The translations under genes were made by a program, and so were the position numbers. The notes below the pieces were generated by a model, which saw nothing but the letters and a program-made list of their open reading frames with translations, was not told the DNA's origin and did no database searches. Below are positions 28,956-39,604 of a stretch of DNA of 64,000 nucleotides, one piece after another. This stretch comes from an uncultured Chloroflexia bacterium. Lineage in GTDB: Bacteria; Chloroflexota; Limnocylindria; Limnocylindrales; CSP1-4. Each line of letters starts with the position of its first letter. Positions within the stretch are counted from its first letter, which is position 1. The stretch is taken from assembly GCA_963805585.1 (NCBI GenBank), contig CAWDUR010000017.1, forward strand, positions 103,818 to 167,817, written 5' to 3'.

Positions 28956-30086
28956 ATGGAGGCAGACCTCGATCGCCTGAGGGTCGATGCCACGGCCTGG
29001 GACGCCTTCGTGGAGTCGACAGAAACGGACTTCCCGCTGCAGCTGAGCGCCTGGGCGACGGCGAAGGCAGCCACTGGCTGGCAGGCGGAACGAGTGGTGG
29101 CCGATGGTGGCTCGGGCCCCATCGGCGGACAACTCCTCGTTCGGCGCCTCGGGCCGGGGCCGTTCTCGATGGGCTACCTGCCACGCGGGCCGGTGGCCAG
29201 GGACTTCGACGCCGCCAGCGTGGTGGCCTTCACGGAGGCACTGCGGGCGGTCGCGCGCGCAAGGCGCCTCACGCATGTCACGGCAGACCCGGGGCTGGAG
29301 GGCGACGCTCATGAGGCGCTGCTGGTGGCCGCTGGCTGGCGGCCGACAGCCGCCGTCCAGCTCACCTCGACCCAGATCATCGACCTCACGAAAGGCGAGG
29401 AGGAACTCTGGTCGGATGTCTACAAGTCGAGCCGCCGCTACGCGAACGGCGCACGCAAGCGCGGCTGCCGTGTTCGCGAAGGCGACGAGTCGGATCTGCC
29501 GGTCTTCTACGACATCCTCGTGGAGACGGCGGTGCGCAGCGGCTTCATCCCACGCGCCTTCGATGCCTACCGAGCGGTCTACCGCGCCTTCGCGGCGCAG
29601 GGCCGTACGCTCCTGCTCATCGGCTCGCTGCCGGATGGCACGGACGTCTCGAGCAAGCTCATCCTGACCTGCGGGGGACGCGCCTCCCAGTTGTACGGGG
29701 GCCTCACGGACGCAGGCGCTGAGATCCGAGCCGGGCACTTCTTCGAGTGGCAGGCGATCCTGCGGTGCAAGGGCGCAGGCGCCCGAGTCTTCGACATGTG
29801 GGGCCGCTCCACGCCCGGTATCGCCCACTTCAAGCAGGGCTTTGGCGGGCGGGTCGTCGAGTACGGCGGGGCCTGGGACCTGGTCGTGAACCCGGGTGTG
29901 CACGCCCTCGTGCAGCGAGGTCATCGCGCCCGTGTCTGGCTGGCCCGGCGGCGGCGCGGGTTGGACCCGCGACCCGCCGGCCCTCAGCCCGCCGCAGGAT
30001 CACCCGCGGATGGCCCGCCGGGCCATGAGACGGCCCCCGACCAGACCGTGAACCGCGAGACCCAGGCACCTGCCGAGGACGGCTGA
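28956..30086 (+). CDS. FemAB-family peptidoglycan bridge-forming aminoacyltransferase (copy 2)
   Basis: 376 aa: PLQLSAWATAKAATGW, WSDVYKSSRRYANGARKRG, ASQLYGGLTD..HFFEWQAILRCK, AHFKQGFGG. Confidence 0.8.
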   Translation: MEADLDRLRVDATAWDAFVESTETDFPLQLSAWATAKAATGWQAERVVADGGSGPIGGQLLVRRLGPGPFSMGYLPRGPVARDFDAASVVAFTEALRAVARARRLTHVTADPGLEGDAHEALLVAAGWRPTAAVQLTSTQIIDLTKGEEELWSDVYKSSRRYANGARKRGCRVREGDESDLPVFYDILVETAVRSGFIPRAFDAYRAVYRAFAAQGRTLLLIGSLPDGTDVSSKLILTCGGRASQLYGGLTDAGAEIRAGHFFEWQAILRCKGAGARVFDMWGRSTPGIAHFKQGFGGRVVEYGGAWDLVVNPGVHALVQRGHRARVWLARRRRGLDPRPAGPQPAAGSPADGPPGHETAPDQTVNRETQAPAEDG

Positions 30087-30090
30087 CCAC

Positions 30091-31687
30091 GTGGACGACG
30101 CCAGGCTCACGACACTCACGGCGCTCCTCCAACGACGCGGTCTCCTGGCCAACGAGGGTCTCCCGGCCCACGGTGCCGCGCCCGATCCGACCATCCGGGC
30201 CGTCCGCTATGACTCCCGCCTCGTCGAACCCGGCGACCTCTTCGTGGCCCGACGCGGGCAGAACGCCGACGGCCACGACCACGTCGTTGCCGCGACGACC
30301 GCGGGCGCCGCGGCCGTGATCGTGGAGCGGCCCGTGCCCGGCATCCGGGTCCCGGAGATCATCGTTCGCGATTCGCGGAGCGCCCTGGCCCTCGCCGCTG
30401 CCTGGCGGGCCGGCGACCCTTCTCGTCGAATGGGCATCGTGGGCATCACCGGGACCGACGGCAAGACGACGACCGCGTATCTCGTGCGGGCCATCCTCGA
30501 GGACGCCGGGCGGCCGACCGGCTTCGTCGGCACCACGGACGTCATCATCGGCTGGCCGGAGTCACGGCAACGTGGCGCGTGCCAGCACGCCGGAGGCACC
30601 GGAGCTGCAGGGCCACCTGGCCGAAATGCTGGCAGCGGGTGATGTCTGGGCCGTCGTGGAGTCGACGTCCCACGGCCTCGCCCAGCAGCGCGTCGGCGGT
30701 GTCGCCTACGACGTGGCCGTGCTCACCAACGTCACGGCCGAGCACCTCGAGTTCCATGGCACCCTGGAGGCCTACCAGGAGGCCAAGCAGAGCCTCTTCG
30801 CGCGGCTCGAGCGCAGCGACGAGAATCCCGAGAAGGGCTGGGGCAAGCACGCCGTGGTGAACGCCGATGACCCGCAAGGCGTGGCGGTCACAGCTGTCGC
30901 CGCGGCCGCCGGTGCCAGCGTGCTGCGTTACGGCCTGGCGGACGGGGTCAGGGGCGGACGCGGCGCTCCAGCCATCGATCGTCGCGGCCTCCCGGACATC
31001 GCGGCCATGGCCGTCGCCGAGACGCCGTCCGGGCTGCGGGTCGCCACGCGGGCGCCCGGCTGGTCGGGGCCACTCGAGCTGCGGCTCGCGGGGCGTTTCA
31101 ACGTATCGAATGCCCTCGCGGCCTTGGGTGTCGCCTCAGCTCTTGGGCTGGACATGGCGTCAGCAGCAGCGGCGCTCGGACGCGTGGAGGGCGTGCCGGG
31201 TCGCATGCAGCGCATCGATGAGGGCCAGCCCTTCGGTGTCGTCGTCGACTACGCGCACACCGCCGAGGCCCTGGGCAAGGTCCTCGACGAGCTGGCCCCG
31301 ACCGACCAGTCGGCCGGGCTCATCGTCGTCTTCGGCTCGGCGGGTGAGCGCGACGTGGCCAAGCGTGCCCAGATGGGCCGGGTGGCCGGGGAGCGCTGTC
31401 GACTCGTCATCCTCACCGACGAGGATCCGCGCGGCGAGGACCGCATGGCCATCCTGGAGGCCATCGCCGCAGGAGCGGAGGCTGCCGGTCTGCGCCGCGG
31501 CAAGGGACTTCTGCTCGTGCCTGACCGCGCCGAGGCCATCAGCGTGGCACTCGACCGCGCTCGACCCGGTGACGTGGTGCTTCTGGCCGGCAAGGGCCAC
31601 GAGAAGACCATCGAGGTGGCTGGCGGCGAGATCCCCTGGGACGAGGCCGCGGTGGCTCGGGCGGCCCTGCGGGCGCTGACCGGCTGA
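30091..31687 (+). pseudogene. murE: UDP-N-acetylmuramoyl-tripeptide synthetase MurE (diamino-acid-adding ligase), frame broken near 30553
   Basis: The N frame has GIVGITGTDGKTTTAYL...GTTDVIIG. The C frame (ORF 30572..31687) has STPEAPELQGHLAEM, ESTSHGL, LTNVTAEHLEFHG, VVDYAHTAEAL, LTDEDPRGED. One base must be skipped. Confidence 0.85.
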
Positions 31688-31688
31688 G

Positions 31689-33189
31689 TCAGCCGGCCCT
31701 GCCCAGGACGGCCGCGGCGAGCTTCTCCATGGGCGCATCTGTGAGCCAGTTGCCCTGGTTGGAGAGCAGCGCGATGGACACGCCCTCGTCTGGGAAGTAC
31801 CACATGGACGCCTCGAACCCCCGCAGGCCGCCGCGATGGCCATACGCCCGGTGCCCCGCGAAGACGGCCACGTCGGTGCCGAGACCGTAGAACCCGGGCG
31901 AGAGCATCGTGGTCATCTGTGCCAGCGATTCGGGAGCCAGCACCGCGCCGCCGTAGAGGGCAGCGGCCCAAGTGGAGAGATCCTCGCGGTCGAGGCGATG
32001 GCGCCGGCGGCGTCAGCCACGGTGAGCGCCGCGCCGAAGGGCAGCAGGCGTGCATCGCGTGTGTGATCAGAGTAGCCGGTGCCGTAGTCCCAGTGCCCGT
32101 GGGCAGCATCCATCGGAGGCAGCTCTGCCGGCTGATACACCGTGTCCGCTCATGCCCAGCGGCTCGAAGAAGCGTTGCCTGAGCTGCTCGTGGAGGGGCG
32201 CGCCGCCCACGACCTCCGCGATGCGGCCCAGGATCACGTAGTTGGTATTCGAGTAGTGGTAGCACTCGCCGGCCTTGCAGTAGCCGGTCTTGACGAGGTC
32301 CATGATCTCGTCATACGTCCACATATGCTCCCGGGAGGCCAGACCCGGGGCCGACACGGCTCGTAGCCAGGCGCGCGAGACCTGTGCATAGCGAGGATGC
32401 TCGAAGTAGTTGTAGATGCCGCTGGTGTGACTGAGGAGCTGACGGATGGTGACGCTGTCCTTGCGTGGCGCGTCCGCCCAGTATCGGCCGAAGGGCACGT
32501 CGAGGTCCAGCTTGCCCTCCTGCGCCAACTCCAGGATGAGAGCCGCGATGAACGTCTTGCTGACGCTGGCGACGGAGAAGACCGTGTCGTCGTCGACGGC
32601 ACGGTCGGGCAGGAATTCGGCGTTGCCCGAGCTGCCCAGCCACGTTTCACCGCTGGCGAGCCGTACCGCCACCTGCAGGCCGGCCACCCGTCCCTTCCCG
32701 GTGGTGCGTTCCAGGATGGCCGACAATCTTCGCTGCGTGGCGGCATCGAGGCTCAGGGTGGCAGCCGCTTGCCCCGGCGCCTCTGTTGGCAGAGGAGGGG
32801 ATGGCTGCGGTTGGGTGGTCGCGTGGCAGCACGGGTGTCCCCGAGGGACGGGGCATGGTCGTGGGCAGCGCCGTCGGGGTCGGCACTGGCGAGGCACTGG
32901 CGCCCGGTGGCGACTGCGTAGTGAGTCGCGTCGGTACGCTGGCACTGGCAGTGGCAGCCGGCGGCTCGATCTCGGATGCCGCCGTCCGCTCGCGGATGGA
33001 GACGCACGACAGCAGCGGGCCCGTCGAGAGGGCCAGGAACAGCAGAGAGATGACGGCGCCCGGCGGGCGACGTGCGAGCCACGGCGTCACAGGCGCTGAC
33101 GGTACACCCTGCCCCGCACCCGCCAGGGATCCCGAGCGGTTTCGTTGCGGTGCGTTCCCCTGAACCATCCGCCTTAGCACCCGGCTCAC
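31689..33189 (-). pseudogene. beta-lactamase-family serine hydrolase lipoprotein, at least three frame breaks
   Basis: Signal plus lipobox-like LSTGPLLSC and a P/T/S linker (ORF 32647..33189). Catalytic FSVASVSKTF and YSNTNY (ORF 32067..32945). Then TVYQPAELPP... (31913..32140) and LSTWAAALYGGAVL...GHRGG (31689..31943). Breaks lie near 32823 (+1), 32147 (+1) and 31985 (-1). Confidence 0.75.
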
Positions 33190-33240
33190 GTCGACTCATC
33201 CGCTGGACGCGGGGGTCACCACGCCTTCGCTACACTCAGC

Positions 33241-35496
33241 TTGATGAGCAGCTCAGTGTCCGGAGCCAGTACCACCGTCCCCGGCGAGCCCAGCACGGCT
33301 GAGGCCCGGACCACTCGGCGCGCCCGACCGGCGGCGCCTGTGGACCACTCCACGGACGGCATGCAGCGGACTCTCCGGCACGTCGAGCAGGAGCTCCAGG
33401 GCCGCTACCCGCAGGCCGACCTGTCTCCCGTGTCGGCCGCCTTCGACTTCGCCCACGCGGCTCACGCAGGGCAGAAGCGGGCCAGCGGGGAGCCCTATGT
33501 CACCCACCCCTTGGCCGTTGCCCGCATCCTGGCGGAGATGGGTCTGGACCCAGTGGCCGTCACGGCGGCGCTTCTCCACGACATCCCGGAGGACACGGAG
33601 TACTCGCTCGCCGACGTCGAGGAGCACTTCGGCACGGACGTCGCCCGCCTCGTCAACGGCGTCACCAAGCTCAGCAAGTTCAGCACCCTGACCCATGAGC
33701 AGCAACAGGCGGAGAACATCCGCAAGATGTTCCTGGCCATGGCGGAGGACATCCGCGTCGTCCTCATCAAGCTGGCCGACCGCCTTCATAACATGCGCAC
33801 GCTGGGGGCGCTCCCACCCGCCAAGCAGCAGCGCATCGCCCGTCAGACAGCCGAGATCTATGCGCCTCTGGCGGAACGCCTGGGTATCTGGCAGATCAAG
33901 TGGGAGCTCGAGGATCTCGCCTTCAAGATCATGGACCCCGACGCCTACCACGAGGTCGCGGGGCAGCTGGAGAGCCATCGCAAAGGCCGCGAGGCCTATG
34001 TTCGCCGGGCCATGGAGGAACTCCAGGAGGCCCTCGCCGAGGCCGGCATCACGGCCGAGCTCTCCGGTCGACCCAAGCACATCTACAGCATCTACAAGAA
34101 GATGCGGCGCAAGCGGGCCGAGTTCGGCGAGATCTACGACGTGCACGCACTGCGCGTGCTGGTGGCCGATGTCCGGGAATGCTATGCCGCGCTTGGTATC
34201 GTGCATTCCCTGTGGCGGCCCATCCCTGGGCAGTTCGACGACTACATCGCCATGCCCAAGAACAACATGTACCAGAGCCTCCATACCGCTGTGGTGGCCC
34301 TCGACGGAAAGCCGCTCGAAGTCCAGATCCGTTCGCACGACATGCACCGCGTCAGCGAGGTCGGCATCGCCGCCCATTGGCGCTACAAGGAGGGCACCCG
34401 GACGGACCGGGCCTACGACGCCAAGCTGGCCTGGGTGCGACAGCTCATGGAGTGGCAGACGGACGTCTCCGACGCCACCGAGTTCATCGAGGGTGTCAAG
34501 CTCGACATCTTCCAGGACCAGGTCTTCGTCTTCACCCCCAAGGGTGACGTCAAAGACATGCCCGCCGGCGCCACGCCGCTCGACTTCGCCTATCGCATCC
34601 ACACGGAGGTCGGTCACGCCTGCATCGGGGCCAAGGTCAACAACCGCCTCGTGCCCCTTGACTACAAGCTCAAGAACGGCGATATCGTCGACATCGTCAC
34701 CACGAAGAGCGCTCATGGGCCCTCGCGCGACTGGCTGAACATCGTTACCACGAGCCACGCTCGCGAGAAGATCCGTCAATGGTTCAAGCGCCAACAGCGC
34801 GACGAGAACATCGCCCACGGCCGGCAACTGCTCGACCGTGAGCTGCGACGTCTGGCGCGCACCACGCTCGACCGCATCGACCATAGCGAACTGGATGGCC
34901 TGCTCGACCACTACGGCATGAAGTCGATCGACGACTTCCTGGCTGCCATCGGCTACGGGCAGATCAGCGCCCAGCAGGTCGTCTCACGCCTGGGCGTGGT
35001 CGACGACGCGGACCAGGTCCAGCTGCCCCAGGTGGCACCGTCGCCGCCGACCCCGGGCGGGATCCGCGTGCGCGGCGTGGGCGACCTGCTGGTCCGTTTC
35101 AGCAAGTGCTGCCACCCCATCCCCGGTGACCCGATCGTCGGCTTCATCACGCGCGGGCGTGGCGTCACCGTGCACCTCGCGACGTGCGCCACCGTCGTCA
35201 ACGAGCGGGCCGTGGAGCGGCTCATCGACGTGGAGTGGGAGACAGCCGCCCAGCGCACCTACCCCATCGCCATCCTCATCGAAGCCTACGACCGCACCGG
35301 GCTGCTGGGCGACATCAGCACCCTCGTCGCGGACGACAAGATCAACATCGTGGCTGCCACGGTGGCGGTCCACAAGGATCACCGCGCCATCGTCCAGGCC
35401 ACGCTGGAGGTCTCCTCGGTGGCCCAGCTGTCGAGGGTCATGGGCCACCTCGAGCAGCTCAAGGACGTCTACTCCGTGGAGCGTGCCCGCGCCTGA
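33241..35496 (+). CDS. relA: bifunctional (p)ppGpp synthetase/hydrolase RelA/SpoT (Rel)
   Basis: HD domain (HPLAVARIL, LLHDIPEDT), synthetase (IYSIYKKMRRK, DVHALRVLV, YQSLHT), TGS (VFVFTPKGDV) and a C-terminal ACT domain. Confidence 0.95.
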   Translation: MMSSSVSGASTTVPGEPSTAEARTTRRARPAAPVDHSTDGMQRTLRHVEQELQGRYPQADLSPVSAAFDFAHAAHAGQKRASGEPYVTHPLAVARILAEMGLDPVAVTAALLHDIPEDTEYSLADVEEHFGTDVARLVNGVTKLSKFSTLTHEQQQAENIRKMFLAMAEDIRVVLIKLADRLHNMRTLGALPPAKQQRIARQTAEIYAPLAERLGIWQIKWELEDLAFKIMDPDAYHEVAGQLESHRKGREAYVRRAMEELQEALAEAGITAELSGRPKHIYSIYKKMRRKRAEFGEIYDVHALRVLVADVRECYAALGIVHSLWRPIPGQFDDYIAMPKNNMYQSLHTAVVALDGKPLEVQIRSHDMHRVSEVGIAAHWRYKEGTRTDRAYDAKLAWVRQLMEWQTDVSDATEFIEGVKLDIFQDQVFVFTPKGDVKDMPAGATPLDFAYRIHTEVGHACIGAKVNNRLVPLDYKLKNGDIVDIVTTKSAHGPSRDWLNIVTTSHAREKIRQWFKRQQRDENIAHGRQLLDRELRRLARTTLDRIDHSELDGLLDHYGMKSIDDFLAAIGYGQISAQQVVSRLGVVDDADQVQLPQVAPSPPTPGGIRVRGVGDLLVRFSKCCHPIPGDPIVGFITRGRGVTVHLATCATVVNERAVERLIDVEWETAAQRTYPIAILIEAYDRTGLLGDISTLVADDKINIVAATVAVHKDHRAIVQATLEVSSVAQLSRVMGHLEQLKDVYSVERARA

Positions 35497-35697
35497 CGAA
35501 AAGGACCGCCCCCGCGGCCTGGCTCGTCATGCCAGCGACCCGAACGCCGGTGACGAAGCGCACCAAGCCACCCTCCCGGGCGCCCGTCGGCGAGCCGGGG
35601 CTGGTCACGGATGGCTCCGACCCGCTAGACTGAGCGGCACGTCACGACTGCCGTGGTCGAGGCGGAGCCGTATCTTGAGTGAGGGGTCCATCGCCGG

Positions 35698-37077
35698 ATG
35701 ACCGCGCGCCAGGAAGCACGCGTCGGATCTCGTGCGACCGACGGAGCCCGCTGGTCTTACGAGACGCAGCGTGCCCCCCATGTCGGTGAGATCCTTCAGA
35801 CCGCCCGCGAACGCAAGGGGGTCGATTTGACGCGTGCCGAGCGTGAGACGAAGATCCGCGCACGGCATCTGGCCGCCCTGGAGAGCGGCGACGTGGCCGG
35901 TCTGCCAGCACTCGTCTATGCCAAGGGTTTCCTGCGCAACTACTCCACGTACCTGGGCCTGGATGCTGACGAGATGCTGGCCCGCTGGCGGCGCGAGATC
36001 GACCAGCCCAGCGCGGCGGACACGCCGCGCCTCAAGCCGCCCCCGCAGCCCATCACGGCTCCCGACCGCCGCCTCAAGGTCACCACTGGGCTCATCGTGG
36101 CGCTCGCCCTGGCCACCGTCGTCTTCGCCTTCGTCGGCTACATCGGGCTGCAGTTGGTGCGCTTCACGCAGAATCCCGAGATCTCGCTCAACGGACCCTC
36201 CATCCGCCAACTCCAGCCCGGCGCGGAGCGCGTCGTGCTGAGCGGCGGGGGCACTCCCAGTGCCCTCGTCACGGCACGGGGCACGGACGACACCTTCCGC
36301 ACCACCACGGCCGACGGGCGCGGCGAATGGACGCTGGACCTGCCCGTGGCCAAGGGACGCAACGACTTCACCCTCACCACCACGGATGCCGAGACGGCCC
36401 GCGAATTGGAGCCTTTGCAGGTCATCGCCACCGTGCCCGTCCTGGACCTGCCCGGCGTGGTGGGTGACGAGGCGCCGGCGCTTCCGGAGGGCGTGGACAC
36501 CTCGAACCTGTCCGGGACTCCGTCCGCGGAGCTCGTGCTGACTTCGCCGCAGGCGGGCTTCCAGTCGGCCGATGGCCGCGTCAAGGTAGAGGGCACCAGC
36601 GACGCTGAGAGCGTCGTGGTCAGTCTCCAGTGGCTGGGCAACCTCGAACGTGAGCGCGCTGCACCGAAGCCCATGGAGCTGCCGGTCGAGGAAGGCGTCT
36701 TCCGCGGGCGAGTGCAGATGCCCAAGGGACGCTGGCAGGTCTCCGTGGCGGCCGCCATCGATGGGGGCACGCCAGCCATCTCCACCATCCCGGTCCGGTC
36801 ACTGGCTGACAAGATGCTCCTCACCATCAGCGCGGTGGAGGGCTTCACCCGCGTCAAGCTCGTTGGCCCGGATGAAGAGGTCGTCGCGGACGGTATCCGC
36901 CTGGAGCCAGGTCAGTCGCGCACCTTCCGGGTGGACCCGGACGTCCTCCTCCAGGTGGGCAATGCCCGAGCCGCCCACGTCACGGTGGACGGCGTGGACT
37001 ACGGTGCCATGGGCAAGAAGGCGGAGGCCATGACGTGGCAGATCCAGCAGGGCAAGAAGCCGGCGCCCCTCTCCTGA
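35698..37077 (+). CDS. rodZ: RodZ-like cytoskeleton/shape protein (HTH plus TM plus DUF4115-like C-terminus)
   Basis: HTH ILQTARERKGVDLTRAERETKIRARHLAALE, LPALVYAKGFLRNYSTYLGLD, a single TM, and a C-terminal beta domain ending ...HVTVDGVDYG. Confidence 0.7.
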   Translation: MTARQEARVGSRATDGARWSYETQRAPHVGEILQTARERKGVDLTRAERETKIRARHLAALESGDVAGLPALVYAKGFLRNYSTYLGLDADEMLARWRREIDQPSAADTPRLKPPPQPITAPDRRLKVTTGLIVALALATVVFAFVGYIGLQLVRFTQNPEISLNGPSIRQLQPGAERVVLSGGGTPSALVTARGTDDTFRTTTADGRGEWTLDLPVAKGRNDFTLTTTDAETARELEPLQVIATVPVLDLPGVVGDEAPALPEGVDTSNLSGTPSAELVLTSPQAGFQSADGRVKVEGTSDAESVVVSLQWLGNLERERAAPKPMELPVEEGVFRGRVQMPKGRWQVSVAAAIDGGTPAISTIPVRSLADKMLLTISAVEGFTRVKLVGPDEEVVADGIRLEPGQSRTFRVDPDVLLQVGNARAAHVTVDGVDYGAMGKKAEAMTWQIQQGKKPAPLS

Positions 37078-37592
37078 CCGGATCGGACCGCCCTGCGCTG
37101 AGCGGGCTCGCCGAGCGTCTCCAGCAGATCGCCATCGACCAAGGCGTGACGGTGGCAACGGCCGAATCGTGTACGGGCGGGCTGGTCGGGCATGCCATCA
37201 CGTCGGTGCCTGGCTCGAGCGCCTACTACGTCGGCGGAGTCATCAGCTACGCCGACCGCCTCAAGGTCGAGATGCTGAGCGTGCCGGCCACGATGATCGA
37301 GAGGCATGGTGCGGTCTCGGCCCAGGTCGCGGTGGCCATGGCCGAGGGCCTACGCGATAGGCTCGGCTGCCACCTCGCGGTGGCGGTGACCGGTGTGGCC
37401 GGTCCGGCGGGCGGCAGCGACGCCAAGCCGGTGGGTCTGACCTACGTGGCCGTGGCTGGCCTGGACGGTCACCGAGTGGAGCGCCACCACTGGCATGGGG
37501 ATCGCGACGCCAACCAAGCCTGGAGCGCGGCTGCCGCCCTGTCGCTGCTCATCGCGGTGCTCGAGGCGGATCCACTGCAGCCAGGGCCATGA
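37035..37592 (+). CDS. pncC: CinA-family nicotinamide-nucleotide amidohydrolase domain protein (PncC-like)
   Basis: VATAESCTGGLVGHAITSVPGSS, YADRLKVEMLSV, SAQVAVAMAEG, VTGVAGP. The start is uncertain because it overlaps the rodZ 3' end. Confidence 0.8.
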   Translation: MADPAGQEAGAPLLTGSDRPALSGLAERLQQIAIDQGVTVATAESCTGGLVGHAITSVPGSSAYYVGGVISYADRLKVEMLSVPATMIERHGAVSAQVAVAMAEGLRDRLGCHLAVAVTGVAGPAGGSDAKPVGLTYVAVAGLDGHRVERHHWHGDRDANQAWSAAAALSLLIAVLEADPLQPGP

Positions 37593-39145
37593 GCGTGATC
37601 CGAGGCGCCGATGCCATCGGCAAGGGCCTGGCCCCGGCTCGCGAGCCGCGACCCATCGTCCCGGGCGAGGCGATCCACGTGGTCGGTGCGGCTGGCGCGG
37701 GGGCGTCGGCGGCAGCCCTGCTCGCCGCGGCCGCGGGTGCTCAGGTCAGCGGCTGCGATCCGGGTGCTCCGACGGCCTACACGGCGGCCCTCGAGGCCCG
37801 CGGGATCCGGGTCGCCACTGTCCACGATGCTGACCACGTCTTGCGGTGGGAGCCGGCGCCAGCACGACTTGCCGTCACCAAGGCATTGACCTCGGTACAG
37901 CCCGACCACCCCGAACTCATGGCAGCACGACGGGCAGGCATCGTCATCGAGCCCTGGCAACAGGTCGTGGCGGATGTGGCCGCCACCCGGGGCGGGCTTT
38001 TCGTCGCGGTGGCGGGCACGCACGGCAAGTCCACGTCGTCCGGCTGGCTGGTACACATGTTGGCAGGCGCCGGCCGAGATCCGACGGCCTTCGTCGGTGC
38101 GCTCCTGCCGTCGGAGCTCACCGGGGGACCACCGGCCACGGCGCGTTGGGGGAGGGGGGACGTCTTCGTCGTCGAGGCCGACGAGTACGCCGGCAACTTC
38201 GACCCCTACCGGCCGGACGTGGCCATCGTCCTCAACGCCGACTGGGACGACCCGGACGTCTTCACCGACCGGACGGCCGTCGTGGACGCCTTCGAGGCCT
38301 GGCTGCGGGGTCCGGGAGCGGAGCGGCGGCGCGTGGTCATCGGCACGGATGATGCCGGCGGCGCGGAACTTGCCCGTCGCCTTGGTGACTGGGGGACGCG
38401 CGTCGTACCCGTGCGGTCCGCGGACAGGCCAGACATGCCCCTGGCGGCCGACCCGGCCATGGCCCGCACGCCCGGACGCCGCGCGGATGGTCCCGTGTAC
38501 CGGGTCGACGGCTCGCGCCTGCGGTTGGCCCGTCTGCTCGGACCCGGCGATCCGGGCATCCAGGTCGACCTGCGGCTCCCCGGGCAGCACAACGCAGCCA
38601 ACGCCGCCTGCGTGGCCGCCGCCGCCGCACTCCTCGGCCTGGACCTCGCGGAGATCGCCAGTGGCCTCGCCTCGTTCGACGGTGTGGGCCGTCGCTTCGA
38701 GGTCAAGGGTGAACCCTGGGGTGTCCTCGTCATCGACGACTACGGCCACCATCCCACGGCCATCCGTGCCACCATCCAGGCCACTCGCGACCGACATCCC
38801 GGCCGTCCCATCTGGGTCGCGCACGAGCCGCTGACCTTCCACCGCGCGGCGGCCATGCTCGACGACCTGGCAGCTGCGCTCGCCACGGCCGACCACGTCG
38901 TCGTCGCCGATATCTGGGCCGGTCGCGATCCGGACACGAGCATCACCAGCGCCGCCGTGCTTGCCGCGGCCGTGTCCCGGCTGGGCGGCCCGGACGTCGC
39001 CGCACCCGGCAGCGTGGAGGCAACAGCCGATCACCTTGCCGCAAAGGTCCGGCCCGGCGACGTGGTGCTGGCCATGGGAGGCGGGCGTTCCTACGTCATC
39101 GCCGACCGACTGGTGGCCCTGCTGGAGGCACGGGACGGCAGGTAG
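37589..39145 (+). CDS. murC: UDP-N-acetylmuramate--L-alanine ligase (MurC; Mpl-type ligase not excluded)
   Basis: IHVVGAAGAGASAAA, VAGTHGKSTSSGW, VVEADEYAGNF, LPGQHNAANA, DDYGHHPTAI. ATGA overlap with the cinA stop. Confidence 0.7.
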   Translation: MSVIRGADAIGKGLAPAREPRPIVPGEAIHVVGAAGAGASAAALLAAAAGAQVSGCDPGAPTAYTAALEARGIRVATVHDADHVLRWEPAPARLAVTKALTSVQPDHPELMAARRAGIVIEPWQQVVADVAATRGGLFVAVAGTHGKSTSSGWLVHMLAGAGRDPTAFVGALLPSELTGGPPATARWGRGDVFVVEADEYAGNFDPYRPDVAIVLNADWDDPDVFTDRTAVVDAFEAWLRGPGAERRRVVIGTDDAGGAELARRLGDWGTRVVPVRSADRPDMPLAADPAMARTPGRRADGPVYRVDGSRLRLARLLGPGDPGIQVDLRLPGQHNAANAACVAAAAALLGLDLAEIASGLASFDGVGRRFEVKGEPWGVLVIDDYGHHPTAIRATIQATRDRHPGRPIWVAHEPLTFHRAAAMLDDLAAALATADHVVVADIWAGRDPDTSITSAAVLAAAVSRLGGPDVAAPGSVEATADHLAAKVRPGDVVLAMGGGRSYVIADRLVALLEARDGR

Positions 39146-39154
39146 AATGCCGGG

Positions 39155-39604
39155 GTGCCTCATGACCTGACGCCCGGCGCTGGGCAGGATGTGCTCGCCC
39201 GGTTCAAGCGGGCTCGCGAGCATCGCGACCCGGATGGCATGCTCGACCTGTTCGCACCGGACGCGGAGTACCGGCGCGACCCGTTCGAGCCAACCCTGAG
39301 CGGGTCGGTGGAACTCCGTGAGCACTGGAACCGCATCGTCACGGAGCAGACCGAGGTCGAGTTCGATGCTGAGCGTATCTGGGTGTCCGGCCGCAGCGTG
39401 TTGGCCAGCTGGCACGCGGCCTACACGCAGGCCGGCACTCAGGAACGCTGGCGCGAGCGTGGATTCATGGTCGTCGAGATCGACGCTGCCGGGCTCATCT
39501 CACGACTGCGAGCCTGGCCGGCCGTCCGTCTTGTGGCCGGCGGGGGCCCACTGGGGGATGCAGAAGGGCCGGCAGACGCCGGGGAGGGACAGGATGGCCG
39601 GTAA
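39155..39604 (+). CDS. NTF2/SnoaL-like fold protein
   Basis: 149 aa; the pattern FKRAREHRDPDGMLDLFAPDAEY...RIWVSGRSVLASWHA is typical of SnoaL/DUF4440-type proteins. Confidence 0.5.
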   Translation: MPHDLTPGAGQDVLARFKRAREHRDPDGMLDLFAPDAEYRRDPFEPTLSGSVELREHWNRIVTEQTEVEFDAERIWVSGRSVLASWHAAYTQAGTQERWRERGFMVVEIDAAGLISRLRAWPAVRLVAGGGPLGDAEGPADAGEGQDGR

